Origin: Octopus sinensis
Taxonomy: Eukaryota
NCBI RefSeq assembly: GCF_006345805.1
Contig: NW_021832012.1
Coordinates: 1-63,588 of the forward strand
Direction of reading: 5' to 3'
Length of the DNA: 63,588 nucleotides
Shown here: piece by piece, positions 49,039 to 62,875 of the stretch
Layout of the letters: each line of letters opens with the position of its first letter
How positions within the stretch are numbered: the stretch's first letter is position 1
The notes under the pieces: generated by a model
The model's input: only the letters and a program-made list of their open reading frames with translations
The model's database searches: none
Told to the model about the DNA's origin: nothing
Translations under genes and position numbers: made by a program

Positions 49039-49404
49039 TCTTTATATATAAAACTGTAGTCGTGTGAGTGTCTGTCCCCTTCGATTTAGATTCCTAATCA
49101 CTCCCACATTTTGTGGTGCAGTTTAACCAAAAGCGAGTATCTTATAGTCGTGATTCATATCGAGCCCTTCTGGGTATTAGCGCGCATCTACGATGAGTCT
49201 ATGATTTAAAAAATAATTTAACATCATTTTTTTTCCATTTTAACGCATATTTTTTAAATAAAGGGAAGTAACTCTCTAAAAAATTACCATAATTTTTTTC
49301 CCATTTTTAATGCATTTTTTGCTTTTTTTGTTGCTATAACTCTCTAAAAATGCTTTATAGTTATTTCCCTTACAAACCCGAGCAACGCCGGGCGATACTG
49401 CTAG
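49039..49404 (+). mobile_element. Non-autonomous Helitron, copy 3 (366 bp)
   Basis: A|TCTTTATATATAAAA...CCCGAGCAACGCCGGGCGATACTGCTAG|T. Confidence 0.88.
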
Positions 49405-50079
49405 TTTAATATATATTTCATCGTTAGAGGAGGCTCCCATTGTTTTGACAAAGTCATAGGAGAAAGCAGCTCTTCTCGGAGAAAGAGAGTCTGACATAAA
49501 ACTTGCAGTTAAAATAGTGACGGCCATCTTAGAATGCTTGTTGCTGGAGCCTACTGTAATGAGCAAGCGAGTGGCAAAAGTGTTGGACAAGCATTTGTCC
49601 CTTAAATCTATTGACATACAGTTATCCCACTATTCGTTTCATTTCTTGGTCCGTTTTGCATTTTATAAAGTCCTATGGAGACGGATGTCGACGCACATGC
49701 AAAGATGAACGTAAAATAAAGTGTCTTGCTCAAGAACACACCACACAGACCGGTCTGGAAACCGAACTCACTACCTCATGACCGTGAGCCCGATACTCTA
49801 ACCACTGAGCTATATACACCTGTCTATTATTTAAGTGTTCACTAAAATCTACAGGTGTATCATGTAGTACAGTATAGCATTAAAGGAAAACGTTGTTAAC
49901 ACGCTTTTATTAATCTATTAATAAAACTAGCTACCTAAGGTACGTTATATATGCAAATCAGCTTCTCCGATTTCGAAGTCCTTCCCTCAGAACTGCTACC
50001 CTCAGTGGCGGACTGGGTCTAAAAATATTGGTTGCCAGGTGGCTGAGGGGACCCACCCGCAACTACAATGCTATCATTT

Positions 50080-50167
50080 ATTTTTATTTTTTATTTATTT
50101 ATCTATTTATTTATTTTTAATATTATTATTATCATTATTATTATTATTATCATTATTATTATTATTA

Positions 50168-50200
<33 letters not shown>

Positions 50201-50394
50201 CATTATTATTATTATTATTTTATTATCATTATTATAATTAATATTATTATTCTATGTTTGACTTTTGCTTTATGTCTGTACAAGTTGGCTCCAAGTCTCA
50301 CCCAGAGACCGCAAGAGACAACAGGTTGGAAGTTTACGTTGTTATTATGCCTAGTGTGCCATATATTTGGTTGTTGTTTTTTTTATTATTATCA

Positions 50395-50460
<66 letters not shown>

Positions 50461-50462
50461 TT
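50080..50462. repeat. (ATT)n tracts
   Basis: Directly visible; source of poly-Y/L/I ORF 50039..50512. Confidence 0.95.
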
Positions 50463-51284
50463 ATCAAAAGTATTCTTTTCAACTGTCTACAAATACAGCC
50501 ACGCTTAAATAATTAATGCATTCTTCCAGGAGTGAATAAAAAAAATTCTCAAACTTGAGGAGATGGGCCCCTTAGATACTAACACGGGCCCCCATATATG
50601 GATTCTAATGGCGTAGGGGCCCACTTGCCATCGCTGGCGACCCTTATATATAAAATCAAAATCAGAAATCATTTCTGTGTCTAATACAATGCAACATGCA
50701 TTGAAGCCTTTCTCAACATGACCACCCTTCAGAACATGTGATCCAGAGTGAAATAAGGCCAGCTCTAATAAGGTTACATCAGGTTTGATAATAAAGTGTA
50801 ATTAGAGTTAATTAGTTTTTCCCACGGAAGAATCACCAAGATGGAGACTGATGACCGACGGGTCAAGTCAAGATTCCGACATCTTATCTTCGCAAGCCTC
50901 GACAGCACTTCCTATGTAAGTGCGTCGACGTGTGTGTGTGTGTGTGTGTGTGTCTGTGTGCGATTGTGTACGTATGTATACGAGCTTATGTATGAGAGAC
51001 GGCGACAGAGAGATAAAGACTAAGAGAGAGAGAGAGAGAGAGAGAGAAAAGACAGACAAACAGAGAGAGACAGAGACAGAGATAAAGAGAGCCGTTCGGT
51101 GTGTTTTGGTGCATGCGTGTATATATACATGTGAATGTGTGCGCGCATTTTTGTACACACATAATATATATATATATATGCGTGTGTGTGTGTGAGCGTG
51201 TGTGTGTGTGTGTGCATACATAATAATATATGTGCGCTTGTTTCTATGTACACCTATTTATACCTGTAAATATTTATCTGAGTT

Positions 51285-51678
51285 CAGTGCTGTATGGTAA
51301 GTAGCTTGCTTCCCAACCACATGGTTCCCGGTTCAGTCCCACTGCGTGACACCTTGGGCAAGTGTCTTCTACTATAGCCTCGGACCGACCAAAGCCTTGT
51401 GGGTGAATTTGGTAGACGGAAACTGAAAGAAGACCGTCATATATATATGTATGTGTGTGTTTGTGTATCTGTTTGTCCCCATCCAACATCACTCGACATC
51501 CGATGCTGGTGCGTTTATGTCCCCGTAACTTAGCGGTTCTGCAAAAAGAGACCGACAGAATAAGTACGAGGCTTACAAAGAATAAGTCCTGGGGTCGATT
51601 TGCTCGACTAAAAGGTGGTGCTCCAGCATGGCCGCAGTCAAATGACTGAAACAAGTAAAAGAATAAAAAAATAAAAGA
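51285..51678 (+). mobile_element. SINE S1, full length
   Basis: Both modules present. Confidence 0.9.
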
Positions 51679-51782
51679 ATATGCATATATAAGCGCGCAT
51701 GTTTATGTGTGTGCGTGCGTTTTATATGCATGAGTGAGTATATGAGTGTACATGTGCATGCTTACATATTTGTGTGTGTGTG

Positions 51783-51815
<33 letters not shown>

Positions 51816-51978
51816 TGTGTGTTGTAGTCTTTAAACACGCTGTAAAATGCGTAGAAGATACAGTTTATGACGTAATTAACGTCGTCCTTATCACGGTCGG
51901 TTCCTCTCAATACTTATTCACCCATAGAAAGAATCAGAATTTAATACACACTAATCTAAAATTAAGAGACCAAACCTC

Positions 51979-52038
51979 GTCTGTTAAGGGCGTAACCCCG
52001 TCTAATAAGGGCGTAATCCCGTCTATTAAGGGCGTAAC
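51979..52038. repeat. 21-bp tandem repeat x~3
   Basis: gtct(g/a)(t/a)taagggcgtaa(c/t)ccc. Confidence 0.9.
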
Positions 52039-52140
52039 AACCATAAGGTTGGGTACTCGCGCCTAAATGTCTTTTGAGCTATTTCATTCGGGTGGTAGAT
52101 ACCCAAAACACTGTATAACAAATTAAGACTCTTGGAATTA

Positions 52141-52508
52141 CCATACTTTCGGGCATTTAAGGCGCACGGATATAAAAGGTGCAGCCCAATTTAGGCGGGC
52201 CTAATTCGCGAGAAAAAACTGCAGCTAACCCCAAATCCCCTAGATGTAGATTTCACATATTTTCATGTATAGGAACCATGAACATTTAGACTAACTCCTT
52301 TGGTTAGCTATTTTGGTTGGCAAAGTTACAACACATACCTTAACTCTGTCAAATATCACCACTGGCCTCCGCCGTCACCAGTATTGTGTATCGTTAATAA
52401 TATTAACCCTGTCTACCCAAAGCCTCACCATCAGCATATAAGGCGCAGGGAGACTTTAAGGGGGAATCTGGGGACAAAAATGTGCGCCTAATATACCGGA
52501 AAATATGG
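52141..52508. mobile_element. pogo/Tc2-type MITE (368 bp)
   Basis: TA|CCATACTTTCGGGCATTTAAGGCGCAC ... GTGCGCCTAATATACCGGAAAATATGG|TA; 27-bp imperfect TIRs. Confidence 0.8.
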
Positions 52509-52601
52509 TAATTAAAGGCTTAAAATAGAATTGTAGAATGGTATTGCCACTTGGCCATTATTAACCACTCACCCGTTTTTGTTTTAATATTTCCAACCAA
52601 G

Positions 52602-52793
52602 GGCGGCGAGCTGGCAGAAACGTTAGCACGCCGGGCAAAATGTCTAGCGGTATTTCGTCTGTTTTTATGTTCTGAGTTCAAATTCCGCCGAGGTCGAATT
52701 TGCCTTTCATCCTTTCGGGGTCGGTAAATTAATTACCAGTCGCGTACTGGGGTCGACTGGGCCCCTCCCCAAAAATTTCGGACCTTGTGCCTA
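52602..52793 (+). mobile_element. SINE S2
   Basis: ggcggcgagctggcagaaacg... Confidence 0.88.
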
Positions 52794-52798
52794 GAGAA

Positions 52799-53004
52799 TA
52801 GGATGTTCAAAAAGTCTCTCCGTAGCAAGTATTTTCATCACAAAATGAATATTTATAAGATAGTATAAAACTATAAAAGAATATATTAGACTTTACAAGT
52901 GTTATCCTTCATTTTCAATGCGTAAGTTGACTCTTCTAAATATATTTTGAAATACATCTTGGATGAAATAAAATTCACTGGGGAGAGACTTTTTGAACAC
53001 CCTA
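52799..53004. mobile_element. Tc1/mariner-type MITE (~206 bp)
   Basis: taggatgttcaaaaagtctctcc / ggagagactttttgaacacccta inverted repeats. Confidence 0.78.
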
Positions 53005-53149
53005 TAGAAAAGAATATTTCCAATCACATTTTCTTTCAACTCTCCTCCTTCACTCATTTTTTTTCGATATTTTTCTTCTGGTGAATGACTTGCGTCTGAA
53101 GCACCACGGGGGTCTTTCCTTTTCTTTTAAGCATTAAAGGGTACAGACA

Positions 53150-53490
53150 CCACCTCCACCGTCGGTCATGAATGACCCTGGGATTACGCTTAGAAAGTTG
53201 CCTCCGAGGCACAGGTCCAGGTAAGGCTGCTTATGGACGACCAGCAGTCACCCATACATACCAGCCACCCCTTCTCCATGCCACCAATGTCATCCAAGAG
53301 AAAGGCAAGGGGCCAATACAGCTTGGCCCCTGTGACGTCGCAACTCATTTCTACTGATGTGTGAACTGGAGCAACGTGAAATAAAGTGTCTTGCTCAAGG
53401 ACACAAAACACAGCCCGTTCTGGGAATCGAAATCACTACCTCATGACTGTGAACTCGATGCTCTAACCACTAAGCCATGCGCCCTCACTT
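53150..53490 (-). mobile_element. tRNA-derived SINE (S3-related)
   Basis: Homologous to 48720-48980. Confidence 0.8.
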
Positions 53491-54019
53491 AATGTAATAC
53501 AACATTTGTTAAGACTTGTCTTCTTTCATTTGATGTTAATTACCTTCAGTAATTAAATACTCCACAGTGGCATCATGCCGAGAAAATATAATAAAATATC
53601 TTTTAGATATTGTGCAAAGAAAAGCAAAAACCATGAATTCATTCTTGAAGAATTGACAAAGAATTAGCCGAGATATATCATAACGGAAATCGTTTATATG
53701 CACACACACCTGTAGAATGAATGTTTGCGTAATACATACACAGTACATAGGCATATATATATATATATATATTATATATATTATATTATATAATATATAT
53801 ATATATATATATCATATATATATTATATATATGTATATGTATATATATATACATATATAATAATATATATATATGTATATATATATATGTATGATATGTA
53901 TATATATATATATATAATATTACATATATACACATATATAAAGATAGCTAGATGGATACATATATATATATATACATACATACATACATACATACATGCA
54001 TATACATACACGCACCCAA

Positions 54020-54075
<56 letters not shown>

Positions 54076-54423
54076 ATACACACATATATATATAGTTGTT
54101 TTCCTTTGCTACCCTACCATTTCCTCTCATCTGCGGTCGAGTTTTGGGGATTTCTGTAAAATTTGGGAAACATCTGCCTATAGATATATGATGAATAGAC
54201 AGATATGCGTTGGGGTGGAAGTGCACAGACGGATGTCTACCGATTTGTTCTAATTGTCTTTTTTTAAATTTCCGTTCGAATATTTGTTTATAATCCATCT
54301 GTACACAATGGGCAGGCAGTGGGTCTAGCTGTGTGTATATGCGATCCTCTTTTGTGATTGTGTGGGCGGATATACATACATATATACATATATAGATAGA
54401 TAGACAGACAGACGGACAAACAA

Positions 54424-54459
<36 letters not shown>

Positions 54460-54482
54460 GATAGATAGATAGATAGATAGAC

Positions 54483-54521
<39 letters not shown>

Positions 54522-54523
54522 GA

Positions 54524-54555
<32 letters not shown>

Positions 54556-54594
54556 TTGGATGGACGGGCAGAAAGACAGACAGACAGATGTCTA

Positions 54595-54628
<34 letters not shown>

Positions 54629-54681
54629 GGTCTGTTTCTCTGTCTATCTATCTATCTATCTATATATACACACACTCACAC

Positions 54682-55060
54682 TGGCTGTGTGGTAAGTAGC
54701 CTGCTAACCAACCACATGGTTCCGGGTTCAGTCCCACGGCGTGGCATCTTGGGCAAGTGTCTTATGCTATAGCCCCGAGCCGACCAATGCCTTGTGAGTG
54801 GATTTGGTAGACGGAAACTGAAAGAAGCCTGTCGTATGTATGTATATATATCTATGCATATGTGTGTTTGTGTGTCTGTGTTTGTCCCTCTAGCATTGCT
54901 TGACAACCGATGCTGGTGTGTTTACGTCCCCGTCACTTAGCGGTTCGGCAAAAGAGACCGATAGAATAAGTACTGGGCTTGCAAAGAATAAGTCCTGTGG
55001 TCGATTTGCTCCACTAAATGCGGTGCTCCAGCATGGCTGCAGTCAAATGACTGAAACAAG
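54682..55060 (+). mobile_element. SINE S1, full length
   Basis: Both modules present. Confidence 0.9.
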
Positions 55061-55519
55061 GAAAAAAAATTTATATTTATATATATATAAATACACGTGG
55101 GCCGTTGCCGATCTTTTCTACTCCTTTGGACTTTTCCCTTTCCCCTTTCCGACGAAGAGCCATGCTCGAAATGTTAAGCTCTCTCCTTTCGTCGAACGTC
55201 AAGCTGATATATTTCTTGTGCAAAAATTCCCGTTCTCTATTTTTTTCACTGTTCATTCGTTTTGGAATTGTTTGATCATTGAATTCACTATATACATACC
55301 TGCATACATACATAAATGCTTAAAGATAAATATATATACCTTAGTACCTTCTAAGCTGAAGTGAAGGCAGCATGTTCTTTGTCTATCTCCTTACCTTCGT
55401 GGGGGTTTTAGGTAAAATTATACTAATGTCTCCATCTGTTTTAATTTAATTAAATTCTATGTCTTTATGCAGCTGAGGATTGCCCTGCATTTAAATTGAT
55501 GCAATGATTGCATTGTTCA

Positions 55520-55810
55520 ATTAAATTGAGTTGCTTGAAACGATCGTACTGCATTACCTCTGGATATCTTTGTTTGATATATATATATATACCGCCATGT
55601 TGATTCGCTAGCTTCTGCACGCATTTTTTTTTCTCTCCTTGTTTCTCTTCGTGTTTCTTTTCTGTGTATCTTTCTGTTGAAGAGCGTAGGCTCGAAACGT
55701 AAAAGACTTGTTTTATTTATATTCCTGAGCGCCATACTAATACAATTGTTTGTTTGTACTCCACCTGCCTTCGTCTTATGTTTATTTTCATAAAGCCTTC
55801 CCGGTATATA
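55520..55810 (+). mobile_element. Penelope-like terminal repeat family B with variant hammerhead (55669-55706)
   Basis: TCTTT CTGTTGA A GAGC-GTAG-GCTC GAAA CGT A AAAGA. Confidence 0.65.
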
Positions 55811-55830
55811 TATATACATACATACATAAA

Positions 55831-55865
<35 letters not shown>

Positions 55866-55868
<3 letters not shown>

Positions 55869-56275
55869 CACGTGATCACGTGACCGACCATATATATATA
55901 TATATATATAATATTTAATCACGTGATCACGTGACCGACCAGACTATCAGATGTTGTTACACATCGCTGATCACAATGCGTTCGCATTGTTTTTAGCCTT
56001 CGATGACGCACCACCGCTGGCTAAGCGAGCAGGCCAACAGTAAAAGAGTGATTTCTTTATTATTTATTCTTTGATTTCTTTATTCAACAGTAGAAAGAGT
56101 GAGAGAAAGTGTGGTGAAAGAGTACAGCAGGGATCACCACCCCCTGCCGGAGCCTCGTGGAGCTTTTAAGGAGTTTTCGCTTAATAAACACTCACAACGC
56201 CCGGTCTAGGAATCGAAACCGCGATCCTACGACTGCGAGTCCGCTGCCCTAACCACTGGGCCATTGCGCCTCCAC
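55866..56275 (-). mobile_element. tRNA-derived SINE (family S4)
   Basis: Minus-strand head GTGGAGGCGCAATGGCCCAGTGGTTAGGGC...GGTTTCGATTCC (A and B boxes). Confidence 0.85.
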
Positions 56276-57009
56276 ATATATTTATATATATAGGTGGATT
56301 GAGAGGGAGAGACGAAGGGAAAGAGAGGTAGGTATAACTGGATGCAGTCATAGTACCCCAGCAGCGAATCCAAATGCACAAAGGCCTTTTAACGAACGTC
56401 GAATGTGGGAAGCCACATGTAAAATCTAGAAGCAAATGTAAAAAAAAAAATATAGAAACTTCCATTATCTCTCCCGTGTTCTGTTGCTTGAAAGTTCAAA
56501 CGCAACCCTTGGCGTTAGATCGAAAAATCTTCCAACGGACTTAATTTCTGCCAGATTTCTGCCAGATGTAACATTGATTTTATGTAGATTACAGGAATAA
56601 GAAATGGAAGATGCAAAATGGCTGAATGTTCTAGATTTTCCGTTCTTTTTCATCTTCCTCGTTCTTTATGTTTTTTTTCTTTTTTTTTGCAATGAGTCAG
56701 AGATGGAAAATTACCTTCTTTTGTGAAGAGAATTGTCTCGCCTTAAAATGTTCGTTGGATAAATGTTAAATGCTACCCGCATGCTACCCGCGTGCTCCTT
56801 CATCATTTCAGCAAAACTTAAAGGATATATACACACACGCACATATATAATTAATATTGTAGCAGTAGTAGTAGTAGTAGTTGTAGTAAAGAAACCTACG
56901 AAACTTCAAGTCGCAGGGGAACTGAATCAAATTGTTATTAAATAATACATGTAACTTCTATATACGTTGTGTGTATGTGTCTGTATCTATATACCTGCAT
57001 GTGTGTATG

Positions 57010-57040
<31 letters not shown>

Positions 57041-57061
57041 GTAACAGAACAGATAGATAGA

Positions 57062-57259
57062 TTTCTTTATTGCCCACAAGGGCTAAACATAGAGGGACAA
57101 ACAAGGACAGACAAGGGATTAAATCGATTACATCGCCCCAGTGCGTTACTGGTACTTTTATTTATCGACCCCGAAAGGTTGAAGGCAAAGTCGACCTCGG
57201 CGGAATTTGCACTCAGAATGTAGCTGCAGACTAACTAACAATTCTGCCAGCTCGCCGCC
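57062..57259 (-). mobile_element. SINE S2
   Basis: Reverse complement of S2. Confidence 0.87.
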
Positions 57260-57319
57260 TTATATATATATATAATATATATATATATATCTATATATAT
57301 TATATATATATATAGATAG

Positions 57320-58225
57320 ATACTACATACATACATACATACATACATACATACATACAGACATACCACATACATACATACATACATACATACATACATA
57401 CATACATACATACAAACCCATACACACATACTACATACATACACACATACATACATACATACATAATACATACATACATACACCCATACCTACATACATA
57501 CACACATACATACAATACATACATACATACATACATCATACATACATACACACATACATACATACATACATACATACATACATACATACATACACACATA
57601 CTACATCATACACACATACATACATACATACATCATACATACATACACACAACATACATACATACACACATACATACATACATACATACATACATACATA
57701 CATACATACATACACCTACATACATCCATACATACACACATACATACATACAATACAATACATACATACATATATACATACATACATACATACACACATC
57801 CTACATGCATACATACACACATACATACATACATAAATACATACATACAGACATACATACATACACACATACCTACAGATTACTACATACCATACATACA
57901 TACACACACATACATACTCATACATACCCCCACCACATAAACATTACGGCAACATACACACACCACATACATACATACATACATATATACATACATAATA
58001 CATACATACATACAAAATACATACACACATACATACATACACACATACATACATGCATACATACACACCCACATACATACACCATACATACATACATACA
58101 CACATACATACATACATACACACATACATTCATACATACATACATACACACATACATACATACATACATACATACATACATACATACATACTCACATACA
58201 TACATACATACATACATACATACAC

Positions 58226-58256
<31 letters not shown>

Positions 58257-58260
58257 CATA
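57320..58260. repeat. ~940-bp degenerate (TACA)n array
   Basis: Directly visible. Confidence 0.97.
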
Positions 58261-58422
58261 TTGATATATATACGCACACATACACATATGTGTATGTGTC
58301 CGTGTGTGTGTTTATGCATATATGCACCAATATACATGCATACATACATATATACATGTGTGTGTGTATACATGTATGTATGTAGGTACATATATATGTA
58401 TATGCTTGGGGTGAAACAGAAA

Positions 58423-58457
<35 letters not shown>

Positions 58458-59029
58458 GGGATATGGTGCCAAACGAAAGATTTTAATGACAAACCTCGTA
58501 AGAACAATTGAGGAATGTGTCACAAATGTGTCAACCTCGTGAATGGTGGAATCACATTTAGAATTTTATCTTCTGCAGGAAGATATCTGATTACAGCGAC
58601 TCAGAAATATTGGTTCGACGGGAATATTGGTGCCAAGGGAAAAAAGTTTGGAACTATTTTATAACATGGGGTAGAAAGAATATGCCCTCAATGTGGTAAC
58701 AAGTTTCGCAATGGAGTAATTGGAGATAATAATGGTTCTTAGTTTTGGTACGAAGCCAGGAAGCTTGAAGGGAAGGGTTTGCTGGTATTTTATTTTATCG
58801 ATCCGAAATGGATGAAAGACCAAGTTGAGTTTTGTGGGATTTGACCACACAACACTGAATGCATTCACAGTTTCATACTCATATATATGAGGATGATCCG
58901 GTTCTTGACTGAAGATTACAGGCTTCGAATGACCCGTCCTTTTTTGTATGCTCTATTTGAATGTTTTGCGTTCTTGTCCCATTTTGGTATTTTATATATA
59001 TTTTATACACACACCACACACCACCCACA

Positions 59030-59068
<39 letters not shown>

Positions 59069-59074
59069 CTTGTA

Positions 59075-59475
59075 TGGAGTGGCTGTGTGGTAAGTAGCTT
59101 GCTAACCAATCGGGTTCAGTCCCACTGCGTGGCATCTTGGGCAAGTGTCTTCTACTATAGCCCCGGGCCGACCAATGCCTTGTGAGTGGATTTGGTAGAC
59201 GGAAACTGAAAGAAGCCTGTCGTATATGTGTATATATATATATATGTATGTATGTGTGTGTATATGTTTGTGTGTCGGTGTTTGTCCCCCCTAGCATAGC
59301 TTGATAACCGATGCTGGCGTGTTTACGTCCCCGTCACTTAGCGGTTCGGCAAAAGAGACTGATAGAATAAGTACTGGGCTTACAAAGAATAAGTCCCGAG
59401 TTCGATTTGCTCGACTAAAGGCGGTGCTCCAGCATGGCCGCAGTCAAATGACTGAAACAAGTAAAAGAGTAAAGA
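59075..59475 (+). mobile_element. SINE S1, full length
   Basis: Both modules present. Confidence 0.9.
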
Positions 59476-60425
59476 GTATATAAATACATATATTATATAT
59501 ATACACACACACACTTATATATATGCATGTATATATACGCTTGTATGCATGTATGGATTGGAGTAAATGTTAAGATAATGTTATTTTAAAGCATGTTTAA
59601 GAATAATAACGAAACTTTTACAGACGGTGTCACTCCATATTGAAAGTAGAATCAGATTTATTGTAAAGTTCGTCATCTCGCCCTATATACGTTTGTATAA
59701 GGGTGTATGAATGCATATATACGCATATGTATATATGCGTACACACACATATATACATCTATGTGTGATATGAATTAAAGAAAACACGCTAATACGAAGA
59801 GGACCACCCGCATGGTACCCCGTAATTTACCCGAAGAACTGGTTTACCTGACGTTTGAAGTTAGAATTAATCCAAAATACAGGCTTCACAAGAATCCACC
59901 CCTACCTTACCATCCCCGTTTACACCCGCTTACCCCCGCTTTCACATTTAAACTCCGGCACAGCTGACATACAAATTTTTATACATCCCGGAACAAACCC
60001 GTTGGAAGTCCTTGTAATATTTTCCAAATGAACAAAAAAAAAACAAAAACACAAATAAATTAAAATCTTGAGTGAATTTCTGCTCTCAGTTTTTTCAAAC
60101 ATTAACCTGATTCCTAGCGAGGAGAACATAAGTGTGTTTGGGGTGGGGTGTACGTGTGTGTGTGTGTGCGTGTGTGTGCATGCGTGTGTGCATGCGTGTG
60201 GGTGTAAGCGTAGTTTCTACATACGTCATCGTGTGGTGCACGTCATCAGTGACGTCACTTGGAACAGATAGGTATTTGGGTCTTTCTAGATGAGACACCC
60301 TCGCCCGGGTAACCTAACCAGGGATAGATCAAGCCCCAGTTTGTGTCTAGCTAGCACGACCACTGGTCGCACTGCCCTTTCAAGGGCACAATTACAAAAT
60401 ATACATACATACATACATACATACA

Positions 60426-60455
<30 letters not shown>

Positions 60456-60456
<1 letters not shown>

Positions 60457-60750
60457 TGAGTTATCCCATAAATAATGCGGGCTTTTTCATTTGCGTGAAC
60501 TAAATGTCGGAGGGGGACGGGATAAACTAACTGCATCAATTTGCTATAAAAACAGGTAGTAATTTTACCTTCTCCATTTTCTTAGTGCAAGTTTTGAAGA
60601 GTGCAGTTCGATTTTATCAGAACATTAATGGAGAAGTATTTTTCATCACGGACAAGTAAATTTTGGAAGAGGGGCCTTGCAAGTCTACAAGATAGATGGA
60701 AGAGCATTGTGGCAAATGAAGGAGAGTATATTTTAGATCGTTTATCTTAA
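60456..60750 (+). mobile_element. Internally deleted mariner remnant
   Basis: TA|TTGAGTTATCCCATAAATAATGCGG TIR-like start; 60628-60750 encodes MEKYFSSRTSKFWKRGLASLQDRWKSIVANEGEYILD, like the mariner C-terminal FF..GI..L..RW.K.I...G.Y motif. Confidence 0.8.
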
Positions 60751-60804
60751 TTTTGAAAAATATAAGAAGTATAAAAATCCGCATCCTTTATAAGAGGACC
60801 CAAT

Positions 60805-60840
<36 letters not shown>

Positions 60841-60929
60841 GTACATATACTCACACTATGCAAGCACGTACACGCCACACACACATATGCATATATCTAT
60901 CTATCTATCTATCTATCTATCGATCTATC

Positions 60930-60961
<32 letters not shown>

Positions 60962-60966
60962 ATGTG

Positions 60967-61012
<46 letters not shown>

Positions 61013-61065
61013 ATATATGTAAATATACAGGTATATTTATGTATATATATATATATATATGCATA

Positions 61066-61286
61066 AGAAAGGGGATGCTGAAAAGTTCCTGGCTTTAAGG
61101 GTGTCGTGAAAGGCCTGGGCTGGAAGAAGAACCTTTCGGGTTCTTTTACAAGGCTTAAAAAACATCTGAAGGACCGCTGTAATAAGTGTGTGGATCTGAG
61201 AGGGGAATATGTTGGATAAAATCATAATGAACTGATCCACCTGTATTTTCTTTTACCCAAACCAGGAAGTTATCAGTTCCCTCTCG
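61066..61286 (+). mobile_element. mariner-derived MITE with both ends
   Basis: gctgaaaagttcctgg / ccaggaagttatcag inverted ends with TA flanks; encodes LKDRCNKCVDLRGEYV*. Confidence 0.8.
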
Positions 61287-61332
61287 TATGTGTGTGTCTA
61301 TGTATATATATGTATATATATATTATATATAT

Positions 61333-61382
<50 letters not shown>

Positions 61383-62180
61383 ATATATGTATGTACATAT
61401 ATATGGATTAAGTTATAAATTCAATAGAACCCAGGCACATCAACATGTAGAATGCCAGTAATGGCTAGGTACAATAACATAGAGTTCACAGTGAAGTAAA
61501 ACAACCATAGAGTATGATGTGTTGCGTAGTATATTGCAGATTTGTAGATATGTAAGTACCAAATACAATTTAAACCGTAGATCCGACTCAGGGTTGGCCC
61601 TTCGTGCGGCGTGGGTATAAATGGAACAAAAATGGGGTTGATTCTACCGAAACAGCTGTTGTAAATTTTAAACCCCACTTGTTCTTTTTATATATCTATA
61701 TGTATAAATTGTGGTGTGTGTGTGTGTGTGTGTGTGTTGTGTGTGTGTGTGTGTATGTGTGTTCTTGTACACATACTCATTCACACACACGCATACACAT
61801 ACATACATACGTAAGTATACGTATGAATGTCTGTGAGTGTATGCATGTGTGTGCCTGCTTGCATGAATAATTATGTTTGTATATACCTGTACGTTTGTGT
61901 GCGTATGTGTGAGTATGTATATAACTGAATGTGTGTATGTATGAATATATGTGCATGTGTCTATACGGACGGACCCGTGCGCATGTCCTATTGCTTTTTC
62001 TTATATAAAATAACTCACTTTTAGTCGCAGTTCACCAAGGACTATAACATTCTCAGGTTGTGTATAAAGCAATTCTGTGAATTATCGTTTTGTTTCATTT
62101 ATTTTTATCCGTTTCTTTTTCTAAGAATTGGCAATCCTCGCAGTTCCAAGTGGAGTAGAGTGACAGAGGACGTAAATAAA

Positions 62181-62400
62181 AAGCGTGTGAACTTTTAAAT
62201 GTGACACAGAAATTAGGAGTAATTAATAAATTAGAACAAGACTTCTCAGTAACACGTGTTGGTGAGATTTACGACTTAAAACCGAAATTGTTGCTGATAC
62301 AGGCAAATCAGAGACGAAATTGCAACGGATTTGCTTAAGATATCGCTATACAGCAGAAGGTTGTAGAAAACACGTGAATTGCGCAAAAGAAAAATATAAA
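62181..62400 (+). pseudogene. Decayed pogo/Tigger transposase N-terminal HTH fragment
   Basis: With frameshifts reads KRVNF-NVTQKLGVINKLEQDFSVTRVGEIYDLK / IVADTGKSETKL, like the CENP-B/Tigger KR..LT..QKL.II.KLE.G.S......YG...TV.DI.K motif. Confidence 0.55.
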
Positions 62401-62875
62401 CGAAATTGTATATATGTCGCCTAGTGTTTAAGCGTCTTGCCCTCGCAATCGCAAGGTCGTGGTTTCGATCGCAGGACCGGGCGATGCGGTTTGGTCTTGG
62501 GCAAATCCCTTCGTTTCCTGTTGCTCTGCGATCACTTCAACGTTATCGATTTGATGGAGGGAGCGAACAAATATTTGATCCCTATAGACAAATGCTTTGT
62601 GCAGGTGATTCGCAACAAACAAGAAGTTTCGCAACACTCATCTGTTGTTTACAAGAGGAGAGTTAACCAGGCTTGCTTCCAAACCACATGGTTCCAGGTT
62701 CGGTCCCAATATGTGGCACCTTGGACAAGTGTCTTCTCTTATACGCCCGGGCCGACCAAAGTCTTGTGAATGGATTTGCTCAAGATGATACAAGGAAGAA
62801 TTGAACCCAGGATCTCGAGATTACCAAGTAAGCATCTTTTTTTTTAACAATTCGGCCTGCCCCTGAATATATATA

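Noticed and set aside
56195-56275. tRNA gene on the minus strand (also heads at 32960, 31870-31945, 62410)
   Set aside because: No proper acceptor stem; continues directly into a SINE body, so these are tRNA-derived SINE heads
58565-58675. Plus-strand acceptor tcttctgcag| with short open frames
   Set aside because: Translations unrecognisable, weak donor, and the end resembles a DNA-transposon terminus
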